Shown: one piece after another, positions 62,932 to 64,000 of the stretch
How the letters are laid out: every line of letters begins with the position of its first letter
Numbering within the stretch: position 1 is the stretch's first letter
Source: an uncultured delta proteobacterium
GTDB lineage: Bacteria; Desulfobacterota; RBG-13-43-22
Direction of reading: 5' to 3'
Length of the DNA stretch: 64,000 nt
Assembly: GCA_963790475.1 (NCBI GenBank)
Contig: CAWBOS010000012.1
Location: 1,472,001 to 1,536,000, forward strand
The notes under the pieces: model-generated
Seen by the model: the letters and a program-made list of their open reading frames with translations, nothing else
Database searches by the model: none
Told to the model about the DNA's origin: nothing
Made by a program: the position numbers and the translations under genes

Positions 62932-63792
62932 TTAGTCTTTTCCGCTCAGGCCGGCTTTTTTCAGCCAGGGCAGTGAAAGTTGATAATTTTTCTTGGCCAC
63001 ATTGGTCCTGGCAAAACCGCCTTGACTGGGAGGAGTCATCGTTCCGGTGCGGGTAGCCGTCATAAGGCAGAAATTATTGAAAGACGATTCCACCTCGGCG
63101 TTCAGGCCCATGGTTTCTTCCATATGGTTGATGGAGAATTTGCACAACCTGACCCAGTAAGGGACATCCAGGTAGTTTTCCGCCACCCTCTGGGCATAGG
63201 CCAGGGTCTCTTTTTCCAAAGTTTCCGGATCGAAGATCCGGTTGACAAACCCATAGGAGAGGGCTTCCCGGGCGGTCATGAAACGATGCTCGAAAAGTAT
63301 TTCTTTGGCCCGCCGGGGTCCTATGTCATAGGGTACGGAAAAATATTCCACGAAGCCGGGAAGGAATTGGGCATCCTCGGCGGCGAAGAGAATATCCATG
63401 GAGGCGGCTACCATCCAGCCGCCGAAGATACAATAGCCATGGACCATGGCTATTGTGGGTTTGGGCAGGTTACGCCAGGCCAGGCAAAATTCGACATACA
63501 TTTTTCGCATGTCTTCAAACCAGGGCGTTAAACCCTGTTCGGCGCGTACGGCATAACCTTGTTGTTGTTTGTATTCTCTATCTTCCTCAGTCCCGATATC
63601 GTGCCCCGCCGAAAAGGCCCGTCCAAGGCCGGAGAGGACAATGGCGCCGCACTGCGGATCCTTGGTGGCCATCTTGAGGGCCGAATCCACTTCCTCAAGC
63701 AGTAGATAACTCTGGGCGTTTAGAACCCTGGGCCGATTGAGAATGATTCGGGCCACCTTTCCCGGTTGATAAACAACATGTTTATACTCCAT
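62932..63792 (-). CDS. Enoyl-CoA hydratase family protein
   Basis: ILNRPRVLNAQ, FSAGHDI, KPTIAMVHGYC motifs. Confidence 0.92.
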   Translation of the reverse strand: MEYKHVVYQPGKVARIILNRPRVLNAQSYLLLEEVDSALKMATKDPQCGAIVLSGLGRAFSAGHDIGTEEDREYKQQQGYAVRAEQGLTPWFEDMRKMYVEFCLAWRNLPKPTIAMVHGYCIFGGWMVAASMDILFAAEDAQFLPGFVEYFSVPYDIGPRRAKEILFEHRFMTAREALSYGFVNRIFDPETLEKETLAYAQRVAENYLDVPYWVRLCKFSINHMEETMGLNAEVESSFNNFCLMTATRTGTMTPPSQGGFARTNVAKKNYQLSLPWLKKAGLSGKD

Positions 63793-64000
63793 GGCTGTAC
63801 CTCCTTCAGGTTCGTTGTTTCAATGTTGTAAGTATATAAGCTTTCGTATCATTTACCCAATTTGATGTCAACTCATTGTATGGAGGATTTTCTTGTCTGA
63901 TCGATCCATAGATCTGAGGAGAGAAATTCTAATTTTTGTTAAAATCCTATCGTTCTCAGTGTCCCATTCTCAATTTCTCTCCCTCAAGAGTTTATTGGTG

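Overview
Bacterial chromosomal window, most consistent with a Desulfobacterota/deltaproteobacterial anaerobe (inferred from gene content and repeat types). Housekeeping and metabolic genes (ltaE, trpB2, HU, mutM, TrmJ, a THUMP methyltransferase, an Opp/Dpp-type ABC operon, two enoyl-CoA hydratases, tRNA-Lys-CTT) alternate with decayed accessory stretches. Mobile DNA: one IS1380, one IS5/IS1182-like IS, two different IS110/IS1111-type elements, a 5'-truncated ORF-less group II intron, and integrase and IS3 remnants. Both IS110/IS1111 elements are inserted into the same GTCATTCC...GGAATGAC REP-like repeat family, and their 3' non-coding regions contain readable bridge/seekRNA-like guides. The most unusual region is the hotspot at about 48.3-61.9 kb between two convergent core operons. 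It has three full copies and one partial copy of a promoter plus attI-like module whose homology stops exactly at G|TT, each followed by different cassette-like genes and attC-like hairpins, with no integron integrase in the window. It also holds diverged duplicates of the flanking core-gene ends and several predicted RNases: ParE/RelE, HEPN-like, HicA, barnase/barstar, and a ~1410-aa RelE-like/SF1-helicase/TPR-like fusion. All calls come from motif recognition by eye; no searches were run.
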